In this document: piece by piece, positions 8,591-18,442 of the stretch
Position numbering within the stretch: the stretch's first letter is position 1
Layout of the letters: each line of letters opens with the position of its first letter
Assembly (NCBI GenBank): GCA_051252375.1
Contig: JBPOFY010000009.1
Coordinates: 69,028-133,027 of the forward strand
Direction: 5' to 3'
Length of the DNA: 64,000 nucleotides
DNA from: Opitutaceae bacterium
Lineage (GTDB): Bacteria > Verrucomicrobiota > Verrucomicrobiia > Opitutales > Coraliomargaritaceae
Notes under the pieces: model-generated
Seen by the model: the letters and a program-made list of their open reading frames with translations, nothing else
Told to the model about the DNA's origin: nothing
Database searches by the model: none
Position numbers and translations under genes: made by a program

Positions 8591-11500
8591 ATGAAAACTC
8601 CAATCACCTCAGTTCGATTTTGTCTCTTGGTATTTCTGTTCACGCTGATGGCGTGGCCGTTGAGTGCGAAGGAGGCGGTTTATAATGTAGACTCGCTCTC
8701 GCTTGACGGTGGTGCCGATCCGAAAGGAGGGCGGATTGTGATCACGGCGAACCTTGGCGATCCCGCCGGTAAGCCCGAAGAGAAGCAACTGATCTACGCC
8801 GCAGATGTGCAGAGCACTGTGCAAGTCGCTTCGAAGGAGATCGTGCAAACAACACAGCTCATTGCTTCGGTGAAACATGGCACGCTGGAAGAGATCGATC
8901 TCGCGATCAATGGGGATATCGAAATTCAATCTGTAACCGGCGCAAACGTGAAGGCATGGAGTCTTCAGCAGCCCATCAGTGTGAATGCGAAAGAAGCGAC
9001 GCCCATGAAGCGCTTGATCATCACCTTGCTGAAGCCGATCGAAAAGGGGACTGCCGAATGCACGATCACTGCGACCAAGCAAATCGAGAAATTGCGCGCA
9101 CGAGTTAGCCCGCTATTCTTTACACCTAAGGCGGAGAACTTCCTCAGTGGTGGAATCAAAGTGCTAGGCAGTGAAGATGTTCGCATGACTGTCGTAAATG
9201 CTGCAGGTCTGGAGCAGCTAGGTGAGAAGAATGAGGACGTGTTGATCTACGCGGTTGCCGCTGAAGCGCAGTCGCTAGCTTTGCATGTTAATCATCGTGC
9301 GAACCCAGTAGTTACGTTTAATAATTTTCAACTCAAGGGGAACTATGAGGCGGAACGTTTCAGCTTTGTGCTGACAGGTGTGCTCGATGCGAGTGCGGAA
9401 CGTGAATACACTTTGAACCTTTTGTCAGGCGCTGCCGCGCTGACCGCCGCACCAGTGGTCGAAGGTGGCGAAGTCATTCTAGTTGACGGCAAATACGCGC
9501 TACGTCTTCCGGGCAAGGGTAGTTATCCTGTCCGCCTAGAATTCGATGCGGCAGTGACCACTTTTAAAGGATTGAGTCAGGTGAAGTTTGATCTGCTCAA
9601 TGCGGCCTTGCAACCCGTTGAGCTCAGTGGAATGCCGGTCGCTAAGAACCGAATCCAGCTGAATGGTGCTCCACTAGATGGCAGTGGCAAAACACTGCGA
9701 GGCAGTTTAAATGGCGATGGTCTGTTTTACCTTAGCTGGAACGATCCAACTTGGAAAAGCCCAGCCATGGGAAAAGCTGCCTTGTTTTATTCAGTGGAAA
9801 ACACCACTCAAGTCGTGGTCAGCTCAGGACTGCTTTCGCAGAATCATGATTTTGACGTTAATATCATGCAGGGCTCGATGGATCGTCTAGTCTTTGATAT
9901 TGAAGGCGAGGGTGAGATCACTCGTGTGACCAGCGAGGGCGTTCTCAAATGGGAGGTTGTCAAAGAAAATGGCCATAGCGCACTCGTGCTGGATCTGAAT
10001 CGTCAGTATGAGGGTGAGCTAGTTCTCCGCATTCTGAGTCAACAAGCCTTGAAGGCATTGCCTTCCGACGCAGAGCCCATGCGACTCATTCCGCGTGATG
10101 CAATTCACTACGCAGGCTTTGTCCGTATCGTTAATAAGGGTGCCGTCTCAATTGATGTGCCTAGCTCTAAGGGCTTCGCGCAGATTTCCCCTGAGTTTTT
10201 TCAAGCAACACGCGATGTCATCGCCGGCAGCGGCCAACAGCTAACATATCGTTTTTCAGATGCTAACTTCAGTTACACCGTGCGGGCAGAGGATATCTTG
10301 CCGGATGTATCAGTGTCACAGATTCTGCTCTACAACGTCGGTTCTGAGGACCAAAGCCTGATTGCGGAGATGGAGTTGACGATCCGTGAAGCACCATTGC
10401 GCGATTTCTTTATCCGCATTCCGGAGGGTTACGCTTTGTCCAACCTCAAGGCAAACTCGCTGGCAGATTATTTCCTCGTCGAAGATTCTGGTGAGGGCCG
10501 TCAACTAAGACTCGTATTCGGTCAGCCTCTTTCCGGTCGACAAGTAATACGTGCCGAGTTCGAAGACAACCGAAAGCTCGAACCTGGCTCGTGGACCTTG
10601 CCTGTTTTTGAGGCACTTAACGTTAAGAGCACACGCGGTCACATCGGTGTGAGTGTTGAGCCAGGCTTACGCGCTTCGATTGATACGATTGATGGATTGA
10701 GCGAGCAAGCGGTTAACTTTTTCCCGAAAGAAGTGAAGCAATTACAAGTCGCGCTACGCATGCGTGAAGAGGCTTGGAACGCGATTCTCAATATCGAGCA
10801 GTTACCGCAAGCGATTCAAGCAGATGCCTTGCACCTCTACTCAGTTGCAGAAGGGCGTATCTACGGAAGCTCGATCATCAATTACTTCATTTCAGGAGCA
10901 CCTGTATCCGAATTTAAAATACAAGTGCCCGAAGGCATGCAAAACCTCGACTTCGCCGGGCGCGACGTGCGCGGTTGGTCGGAGTTAGATTCGGGTGTCT
11001 ATGAGGTCAAGCTACACACACCTGCCTCGGGTGCATACACACTATTAGCGAGTTATGAGTCGCAGTTTGCTGCGGAAGGCGCGCAAGTTTCCTTTTCAGG
11101 AGTGATGCCTCAAGGAGTCGACTCAGAAGAAGGTTATGTCGTGGTGGTGAGTAACTTCCCTTTTGCGGTTGGAAAGGTCACCGCGAACGACGGTCTACTT
11201 CGCTTGGAGCCAGGAGAGATTCCCGGGGATTTCCGCTTGTTGTATGACGCCAAGGAATTGGCCGCTTATCAATACACTACGCGCCCAGTTGATCTGACAC
11301 TAGAGCTGAGCTCCTATGCTCAAGCCAAGGGCACAGATCAGGTGATTGATTTTGCTGACTTAAAATCACACATCTCACGCGATGGTGAAATTTTGACAGC
11401 GGTTGACCTCATGCTGAAGAGCAAGGGGCAAACACACTTCCGCATGCAGTTGCCACCAGAGCATCGTATCTGGTCCGCACGTGTGGCTGGCGATAAAGTG

Positions 11501-14500
11501 AGTCCTATTGCCGTGGAAGGCGGCATCTTGCTACCACTACCTACAGGGCAAGATCCCAACAGCGCGGTGCGCATCCAAATCGAGCTAGCCGCTCAAGCGC
11601 AAAATGCAGCTAAGCCTGTAGTCTTTGCGCCGGCGATGTATGCGCCTTCTTTGTTGGTCAATTGGGAGCTAACTTCTGATCCCGGCTTCGGTCTTCGTTA
11701 TGCGGGGGGCGACATTAGTTCGATTGAAATGAGTTTGCCGGCCTCTGGTTTTGCTTGGTTCCAATCGCTCATTGGCGGTGAACCTGGCTTTCAGCGCAGA
11801 ATCTTTGTGCTGATGCTCGTCTGTGGTCTGTTGGCAGTCGCCCTAATGAAATTCCTGATTCGTCGACTGGAGCAACTCTCTATTTTGAAACGTGCCTTAC
11901 TTGGGCTAGGCGCTGTCGCTGCGGTCTCTGGTCTCATCTTCTGCGGTCTGCTCATGGGCTGGGGTGGTGTGGTGCAACAGAATTTGCAGGATACCTTGGT
12001 GCTGCGTTCGCCGATTGAATTGTCGACGCAACCGCTTCGTTTGTTGGTCGAGAATCAAGACTACTCAAATATCAATAAATCCTTAGGTTCACTGTGGCCC
12101 TTTGCGTTGGGGCTTGGTCTTTGGATCTACGGTATGGTGAAGTCTGAACGACGTGAGCTCTGTTTGATAGCAGGTTGGGTGGTCAACTTTCTGGCCGCGC
12201 TCAATTATTCCCCGAGTGGTGCGCTCTTCCTGAGCTTTTTAATCCTGTTCTTTATTATCTATACCCTGCGTCCGATTGGTCGTCGCTATATTCAACGCGC
12301 AGGCGGACAGATTGCAGTGCTCGCGTTCTGTTTGCTCGGAGGAATTTTAGCGCCTCAAGGCGAACTCGAAGCGGTGGATATTGCTGACATGAAGTTTGCC
12401 ACGGTCGTGAATCAAGATGTTCGAGTGGAAGGTCGCTTTGCTGTGGTTGACGCAGAACTCATGTGGACCGCGGAAGCGGGTGACCAATTGCCATTTTTGA
12501 AGAAAGAGGCGATTTTGATTCAGACAGACAATCTACCTGAAGGGTTGAAGCTCGTTGGGCGGTCCGCTGCGGATGCGCTCGCGTATCGATTGGATGCTAC
12601 GAAAGCAGGATCCTACACTGTGAAGTTTCGCTATCAAGTGAAGCTCGCGGTCGATCCATCTGGTCAGTCTAGTTTTGAGCTGATGGTGATCAATGCGCTG
12701 AGTCGCCAAGCACGTATCGATATTGATGATACGAATATCGTTTTAAATTCAAAGTCCTGTGTGACTGTGAAGTCCGTTGAATCAAGGGAGCCTCGTCGCT
12801 CGGTCTATGAAGTTGTTTTTGCGCCGAATAAGTCTGCTACGGTGGAGTGGAGCCCGAAGCCACGTGACATCAGCAATGAGACACCAGTTTACCATGTGCA
12901 GAGCTATGATGTTTATACACCGCTCTCGGGTCTGATTAGTGGTTATCACCATCACAAGGTTCGCTTGGCGCAGGGACAGTTGGATAATGTGAAAATCGAC
13001 GTCCCAGATGGCATGACGATCACCGCAGTCGAAGGCACTGGTTTGACTCAATGGCAATTTGACCCAGAAGGGCGTGCCTTGTTGCTCTATTACCAGAGCG
13101 CACAGACATCCGCTTTTGAGTTGAGCATCTATTCGCAATACAGCTCGGGTGAGTTGCCATATCTCCGCTCGGTCGAAACCTTGCGCGTCAATGGCGCAGC
13201 GAGTCAGCTGAGTATGGTGGCGCTCGCTACTGATGAAGAAGTGCAAGTTGGCTCGGTGAAGACCGAAGATGCCACGGTGATGAACCTGGAGGACTTCCCC
13301 GCGGACTTCACTGCAAAGCTTTCACACCTCGGACGTGTGCCTGTTTTACGGCGCGCCTTCCGTTGGTCGGAAAACGCAGGAGCGCTGGAGCTTCAGGCTT
13401 TACCGGTCGAGGCTGATGTTCGGGTGACGACTAAACAAAAACTTTCGCTCGGTGAAGATCGCATTTTGCTGAGTGCCGAACTTAAAGCTATGATCAACCG
13501 CGCGGGTCTCTTCCGTCTAAGCTTATCGATTCCCGAGGACTACGATGTGGAGTCGGTCTCCGGTCAGCACTTGAGTCATTGGAATGAACTCACGGCAAAG
13601 GATGGTTCTCGTATGCTGCAATTACATCTTCGTGGGAAGACGATCGGAGAAACTTCGCTCGCAATTAGTCTTTCCGGAGCCGGGCTCGGTGATCGCTCGG
13701 ACTTCGTGCCACCGATTTTGAAGCTTGAGGAAACGGATCGTCAAAGTGGCACCTTGGTGCTGGTTCCGGAACTGGGCTATCGACTCACCACCACTGATCG
13801 AAAGGGCGCGCTGCAACTCGATCCTGCGGATGCTGGGATGTCGCGTCAGAAGTTGATGCTGTTCCGCATCTTGAATGAAAACGCAGCACTCGCCTTTACT
13901 GTCGAGCGTGTCGAACCGTGGATTGAAGTCGAGAAGGTGCAAGCGGTGACGGTGCGCAGCGGTATGGTCGATGTGAAGGCTCGCTTTAACTTCTCGGTAG
14001 AAAATGCCGGTATTCGTGAGCAGGCATTCAGCGTTCCTGAGAATGCTATTGGCGTGCAGTTTTCTGGCGAAGCGGTGACAGATCATCAGAAGAGTGCGGA
14101 TGGCACATGGTTGGTTAAAATGAATCGCAAAGTGGTGGGTGCATTTACCGTTGAGCTGTCCTACCAAATGCCGACTCCAGACCAGCCCTTGAGTGTCGAG
14201 GTGCAAAACGCACAAGCGGTCGGCGTCGATCAAGAGTCCGGCTACCTGGTATTGATCCCGCAAGGTCGCCTGCAACTGGCTCCAGCTGATTACGGCATGG
14301 CATTGCAAAATGCAGAGGCGCAAATGATCAGCTCGAAATTGAGCGGAGATCTTTCGATCAAAGCGGCTTCGCATGTGTATCGAGTTTTACAACCAGAGCA
14401 TCGCTTGAATGTAAATGTGCTACGCCACGAAATCGCAGAGCTCGTGCCAGCACAGGTGCGCGATGTTGAACTGACCTCGGTTATTTCGGGGAAGGGCGCG

Positions 14501-15523
14501 ATGTTGACGAAGGTCACTTTGAAGCTCGATCCGGGTGATAAGCGTATGTTGCGCATCACATTGCCAGAAGCTAGTGAGTTCTGGTTCGGCTTTGTGAATC
14601 AACAGAGCGCATGGCCTTGGCGTGAAGCGGGCGACGTGCTTCTACAACTTGAAGCCAGCGCGATTGAAGGCGAAGACAGTGTGGTTGAGTTTTTCTACTC
14701 CACCGAGTCTGTGGCGGATGATTCACGTAAACTACGTGCTAGCTTGCATGGTCCAAAACTCGATCTGCCATTGGAACACATTTCATGGTCGATCTATTAT
14801 CCCGAAACATGGGAAATTGAGAAGTGGGGCGGCAACATGACGCAAGATCGTGGTGAACAGTGGCACTCTAGCTATTCCGACATCAAGGGCTACATTCAGT
14901 CCGAACAAGAAAGCCGTAAGAAGCAAAAGGTTGTGGCTGAAACATTATTGAACGAAGCGAACACCTTGCTTGGACAAGGCAAGCAAGAGCAAGCGCGTCA
15001 GGCTTTCAACTCCGCGTATAATCTCTCGCAATTTGATGCGGCGCTCAATGAAGACGCTCGGGTGCAATTGAAGAACGTCCGCGAAGAACAGGCATTGGTG
15101 GCTCTTGCGAATCGTCGCAACAGCTTTATCAATGATAACGGGATCTCGCAGCAGGGCGCGGTTGAAAATCAATACGTGACCATCGACGATAGCAAATTGC
15201 TCAACTATACCGATCAGACCGTGAAGGATGTCTTAGGCGGCAATAGTGAGGAAGAAAACAGCACGCTTCGTTTGCTAGCCACTCGTTTGATCGATCAACA
15301 GCAAGCGGTCTTGGGCACACCTCAAGCGATCCAAACTTTACTTCCAGAACAGGGTAAAACAGTGAGTTTCTCTCGCTCACTTCAGATCAATGATAGAGCA
15401 GACTTGGTAATCGAACTCAAAGGCAAGCGTAGCACGCCAGCCGGGCAAGCAGGTATCGGCATTGGCATGATTCTGCTACTTCTCATTATGGTCGGTGGTG
15501 TCTCGTATCTGTCTAAGGATTAA
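8591..15523 (+). CDS. Giant (2310 aa) membrane protein of unknown function with repeated beta-rich domains
   Basis: Signal peptide, about 9 related beta-rich units, about 6 central TM segments (about 11800-12350), a short helical/TPR-like segment and a C-terminal TM. Confidence 0.85.
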   Translation: MKTPITSVRFCLLVFLFTLMAWPLSAKEAVYNVDSLSLDGGADPKGGRIVITANLGDPAGKPEEKQLIYAADVQSTVQVASKEIVQTTQLIASVKHGTLEEIDLAINGDIEIQSVTGANVKAWSLQQPISVNAKEATPMKRLIITLLKPIEKGTAECTITATKQIEKLRARVSPLFFTPKAENFLSGGIKVLGSEDVRMTVVNAAGLEQLGEKNEDVLIYAVAAEAQSLALHVNHRANPVVTFNNFQLKGNYEAERFSFVLTGVLDASAEREYTLNLLSGAAALTAAPVVEGGEVILVDGKYALRLPGKGSYPVRLEFDAAVTTFKGLSQVKFDLLNAALQPVELSGMPVAKNRIQLNGAPLDGSGKTLRGSLNGDGLFYLSWNDPTWKSPAMGKAALFYSVENTTQVVVSSGLLSQNHDFDVNIMQGSMDRLVFDIEGEGEITRVTSEGVLKWEVVKENGHSALVLDLNRQYEGELVLRILSQQALKALPSDAEPMRLIPRDAIHYAGFVRIVNKGAVSIDVPSSKGFAQISPEFFQATRDVIAGSGQQLTYRFSDANFSYTVRAEDILPDVSVSQILLYNVGSEDQSLIAEMELTIREAPLRDFFIRIPEGYALSNLKANSLADYFLVEDSGEGRQLRLVFGQPLSGRQVIRAEFEDNRKLEPGSWTLPVFEALNVKSTRGHIGVSVEPGLRASIDTIDGLSEQAVNFFPKEVKQLQVALRMREEAWNAILNIEQLPQAIQADALHLYSVAEGRIYGSSIINYFISGAPVSEFKIQVPEGMQNLDFAGRDVRGWSELDSGVYEVKLHTPASGAYTLLASYESQFAAEGAQVSFSGVMPQGVDSEEGYVVVVSNFPFAVGKVTANDGLLRLEPGEIPGDFRLLYDAKELAAYQYTTRPVDLTLELSSYAQAKGTDQVIDFADLKSHISRDGEILTAVDLMLKSKGQTHFRMQLPPEHRIWSARVAGDKVSPIAVEGGILLPLPTGQDPNSAVRIQIELAAQAQNAAKPVVFAPAMYAPSLLVNWELTSDPGFGLRYAGGDISSIEMSLPASGFAWFQSLIGGEPGFQRRIFVLMLVCGLLAVALMKFLIRRLEQLSILKRALLGLGAVAAVSGLIFCGLLMGWGGVVQQNLQDTLVLRSPIELSTQPLRLLVENQDYSNINKSLGSLWPFALGLGLWIYGMVKSERRELCLIAGWVVNFLAALNYSPSGALFLSFLILFFIIYTLRPIGRRYIQRAGGQIAVLAFCLLGGILAPQGELEAVDIADMKFATVVNQDVRVEGRFAVVDAELMWTAEAGDQLPFLKKEAILIQTDNLPEGLKLVGRSAADALAYRLDATKAGSYTVKFRYQVKLAVDPSGQSSFELMVINALSRQARIDIDDTNIVLNSKSCVTVKSVESREPRRSVYEVVFAPNKSATVEWSPKPRDISNETPVYHVQSYDVYTPLSGLISGYHHHKVRLAQGQLDNVKIDVPDGMTITAVEGTGLTQWQFDPEGRALLLYYQSAQTSAFELSIYSQYSSGELPYLRSVETLRVNGAASQLSMVALATDEEVQVGSVKTEDATVMNLEDFPADFTAKLSHLGRVPVLRRAFRWSENAGALELQALPVEADVRVTTKQKLSLGEDRILLSAELKAMINRAGLFRLSLSIPEDYDVESVSGQHLSHWNELTAKDGSRMLQLHLRGKTIGETSLAISLSGAGLGDRSDFVPPILKLEETDRQSGTLVLVPELGYRLTTTDRKGALQLDPADAGMSRQKLMLFRILNENAALAFTVERVEPWIEVEKVQAVTVRSGMVDVKARFNFSVENAGIREQAFSVPENAIGVQFSGEAVTDHQKSADGTWLVKMNRKVVGAFTVELSYQMPTPDQPLSVEVQNAQAVGVDQESGYLVLIPQGRLQLAPADYGMALQNAEAQMISSKLSGDLSIKAASHVYRVLQPEHRLNVNVLRHEIAELVPAQVRDVELTSVISGKGAMLTKVTLKLDPGDKRMLRITLPEASEFWFGFVNQQSAWPWREAGDVLLQLEASAIEGEDSVVEFFYSTESVADDSRKLRASLHGPKLDLPLEHISWSIYYPETWEIEKWGGNMTQDRGEQWHSSYSDIKGYIQSEQESRKKQKVVAETLLNEANTLLGQGKQEQARQAFNSAYNLSQFDAALNEDARVQLKNVREEQALVALANRRNSFINDNGISQQGAVENQYVTIDDSKLLNYTDQTVKDVLGGNSEEENSTLRLLATRLIDQQQAVLGTPQAIQTLLPEQGKTVSFSRSLQINDRADLVIELKGKRSTPAGQAGIGIGMILLLLIMVGGVSYLSKD

Positions 15524-15533
15524 ATCATTTTGC

Positions 15534-15608
15534 GGTAGGGACGCCTGCCCCTAGGCGTCCTCGGTCCTTTCCTACTGCCAAGGACGCCTGAGGGCAGGCG
15601 TCCCTACC
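15534..15608. repeat. GTAG-type REP doublet, copy 3
   Basis: GGTAGGGACGCCTGCCCCTAGGCGTCC ... GGACGCCTGAGGGCAGGCGTCCCTACC. Confidence 0.92.
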
Positions 15609-15629
15609 TGTTTAATCGATTACTTCTGC

Positions 15630-17639
15630 TTGCCTCGAGCTGCATATAACGTCTTTTCTCTATGCAGATTGAATGTAACTAAAATAGTCTTCTGCTTATT
15701 TGCCGCCCTGTCTTTGCAGTTCATGGGCTTGGCTCATGCCGATGAGTTGCCTGATTTTTCTAAAACCAAACTTCGGGATTTAGAGCATAGAAAGCTGGAA
15801 ATTCAGGATACACTGAACGGTTTAGCCATCCCAAGTTTAAATAGTGGTGTCGGTGCTGTTGGTTATCGTTCGCTGAGCTATGAAGACCCTGAGCACGAAG
15901 AATGGGTCCAGGTGGATCTATTGGAATCCGGGAAAGTGGATGCGATTGTTCTGGTGCCGACCTTATGGCGAGATACCCAACTTGGGTTCATTGCGGACAA
16001 TGTCCCCGATGAATTTAGATTAGTCGCCGGAACGAAAAAGCATCCAGAGGGGGAAATCATCTACGAGCACAGCGTGGCGAAGAACGCTTTAATCGGAATC
16101 GCCCCCTTGTTCATACCCGTTTCTAGAGATGAAGTATCTTGGGTGCGTGTGGAAGTGAGTCGTTTAGCTGCGCGGCATTTCGATGGGCGCTATATTTTTC
16201 AACTGTCGGAGTTAATGGTGTTTGATGGCGATGTGAACCGCGCTCTTCGAAAGCCGGTGTCTTCGTCTTGGAGAGTTGATGAGAGTGCCTCATGGAATGG
16301 GACGGTCTTGGTAGATGGCGTTTTGCCCTATTTAATGAATTCTGCGACAGGCGAGCAGAGTCGCGCTTATGTCAGTCCTGTTGGCGTTGGAGAAAAGCCT
16401 TCGATCACGATTGATCTAGGGAAAATACACGAAGTTGATGGCTTGCGGCTATACGCGGCGGATCAAAGCGACACGGTGCCTGCGGCTAATGCTGGTGAGT
16501 TTGGGCTACCGGAGCACTTCATTCTTGAAGGAGCCAATAAGGAAGACTTTTCCGATGCATCCCTTCTCGTCGAAGGCAAAATGCAGAGCATCTTCGAGAT
16601 GGGGCCGATTCTTAGTTGGAACTTTCCGGTTCAAAAAGTCCGTTACGTGAGAGTGACGGCTTTGGTTCCTTTTTTATATTCCGGTCGAGTAGAAGGCACA
16701 CGTATTAGCTTTACTGAAATTGAAATATTGAGTCAGGGGAAGAATCTCGCGAAGGGTAAACCCGTCTCAGCAAGTTTCGATATTACGACAACAAGGCAAC
16801 CGATTTCCACGCTTACGGATGGCAGGAATTTGTATGGCGATATTTTGCCGCAACGAGAGTGGCTTGAGCAATTGACTTTCCGCCATAAATTGGAGCAAGA
16901 GTTAGCGGCATTGGAGTTGGAATTAGATAGTCGATACGTATTTCAGAAGAAAATGTTACGGCTAGTGATCATACTCGCGGTCTGCCTTCTGCTGATTATC
17001 GTCTTCTCCATTCCTTATTATCGTATGCGTAGTTTGCGTAATGAAGTGAATATACGTGAGCGAATTGCAGCTAATCTGCATGATGAATTAGGCGCGAATC
17101 TGCATGCCATCGGTATGTTGGGTGATGTGGCTGAACGCTCTATCGAGTCACCGGGGCGTTTGATCGAAGCAGTTCGCCGAATTCGCGGTTTAACTGAGCG
17201 CACTGGCGCAGCAGCTCGCTACTGCACTAACATGCTGGAAGCAAAGTCTATCTGCGAGGACTTGGTCGTCGAAATGAAACATGATGCTGCGCGTTTACTC
17301 AGTGACCATGAGTATCGAATCATGATTCATGGGGAGGAAGCGCTTCGATTGCTAACCCGTCGCCGGCGGGTCGACCTCTATCTCTTCTTTAAGGAATGCC
17401 TGACCAATATTAACCGTCATGCTAAAGCGACTAAAGTATATGTTCGTCTCACTGCTACCTCAAGCGAACTGAGTCTTTCGGTGATTGACAATGGGTTGGG
17501 TTACACCGGTGAATTGCCTAAAGCGCTTAGTCGTCGTGCGAGGCTGATGGGTGCAATTGCAGAAGCCCGAACTACCTCCCCGCATGGAACACATATTCGC
17601 CTCAAACTGAAACTTCGGAAATTCAAATTTTTACCATGA
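15630..17639 (+). CDS. Sensor histidine kinase (HisKA_3 type) with periplasmic discoidin/F5-8C-like domains; exact start uncertain
   Basis: H-box RERIAANLHDELGANL, N-box ECLTNINRHA and G1 IDNGLG. Two WVQVDL/ITIDLG...VRYVRV...EIEI units precede the TM. Confidence 0.88.
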   Translation: MPRAAYNVFSLCRLNVTKIVFCLFAALSLQFMGLAHADELPDFSKTKLRDLEHRKLEIQDTLNGLAIPSLNSGVGAVGYRSLSYEDPEHEEWVQVDLLESGKVDAIVLVPTLWRDTQLGFIADNVPDEFRLVAGTKKHPEGEIIYEHSVAKNALIGIAPLFIPVSRDEVSWVRVEVSRLAARHFDGRYIFQLSELMVFDGDVNRALRKPVSSSWRVDESASWNGTVLVDGVLPYLMNSATGEQSRAYVSPVGVGEKPSITIDLGKIHEVDGLRLYAADQSDTVPAANAGEFGLPEHFILEGANKEDFSDASLLVEGKMQSIFEMGPILSWNFPVQKVRYVRVTALVPFLYSGRVEGTRISFTEIEILSQGKNLAKGKPVSASFDITTTRQPISTLTDGRNLYGDILPQREWLEQLTFRHKLEQELAALELELDSRYVFQKKMLRLVIILAVCLLLIIVFSIPYYRMRSLRNEVNIRERIAANLHDELGANLHAIGMLGDVAERSIESPGRLIEAVRRIRGLTERTGAAARYCTNMLEAKSICEDLVVEMKHDAARLLSDHEYRIMIHGEEALRLLTRRRRVDLYLFFKECLTNINRHAKATKVYVRLTATSSELSLSVIDNGLGYTGELPKALSRRARLMGAIAEARTTSPHGTHIRLKLKLRKFKFLP

Positions 17640-18298
17640 ACAAATCTATCAAAATAATGCTCATCGAAGACAACCGCGAGTTTCGGGATGTGATCGAATT
17701 CTCGCTTGCCGATGAGGCTGACATGGAGGTGGTTAGCCAATACGGTTCCGCTGAGTTCGCGCTTCGTGTTATTAAAGATCGTCCAAATACAGGTATTCCG
17801 GATGTGATCTTGCTGGATCTGCAATTGACTGGAATGAATGGTCTCGATGCTATCCCGCGTTTCCTGGAGATTCTGCCGAAGGTGCAGATTATTATTCTCA
17901 GCCAGTCGGACAACGAGAGGGATGTGTTGGCAGCGATTGCTACGGGTGCTTCCGGCTACCTGTTGAAGTCATCGACTGTCGCGCAGGTCATCGAAGGCAT
18001 TCGGATCGTGATGAGTGGGGGTTCTTCTATCGATCCCTCTGTAGCTATTTATTTGTTGAAAAAACTGCGTGTCGCATCACCGAGCGATGTGACTGGAGGG
18101 ATTCTTACCGAGCGTGAGCTCGAGATTTTGAATTTGTTGGCAGAAGGTTTAGTAAAAAAGGAAATCTCGGATCAATTGGGTATTACCTATCGAACGGTCG
18201 ATACCCATGTGAGGCATATCTACGAAAAGCTGGATGTGCGAAATGGTCCTGCGGCGGTCAACATGGCATACAAGCTCGGCTTGTTTCGAAATAGCTAG
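17636..18298 (+). CDS. NarL/LuxR-family DNA-binding response regulator
   Basis: REC domain (IED, PDVILLDLQL, GYLLK) plus LuxR HTH (LTERELEILNLLAEG...TVDTHVRHIYEKL). ATGA overlap with the kinase. Confidence 0.95.
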   Translation: MNKSIKIMLIEDNREFRDVIEFSLADEADMEVVSQYGSAEFALRVIKDRPNTGIPDVILLDLQLTGMNGLDAIPRFLEILPKVQIIILSQSDNERDVLAAIATGASGYLLKSSTVAQVIEGIRIVMSGGSSIDPSVAIYLLKKLRVASPSDVTGGILTERELEILNLLAEGLVKKEISDQLGITYRTVDTHVRHIYEKLDVRNGPAAVNMAYKLGLFRNS

Positions 18299-18343
18299 AT
18301 TGCAGCATTAAGCCAGTCGACAGGCACAAAACACGTGCATTTC

Positions 18344-18387
18344 TCGCGAATACGCGCGATGTGCATGATCTGCTATTTTGATATACT
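18344..18387 (+). promoter_or_regulatory. Palindromic operator TCGCG-N6-CGCGA plus extended -10
   Basis: TCGCGaatacgCGCGA at 18344-18359; TGa-TATACT with the hexamer at 18382. Confidence 0.7.
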
Positions 18388-18442
18388 GTTCGTTTCAATC
18401 TAGTGCCGCTGCATCGTCTGTGTGGTGGTGATTCAATATCCT

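Noticed and set aside
3529..15608. Palindromic repeats with unique spacers read as a CRISPR array
   Set aside because: The units are inverted pairs kilobases apart rather than tandem direct repeats, and there are no cas genes.
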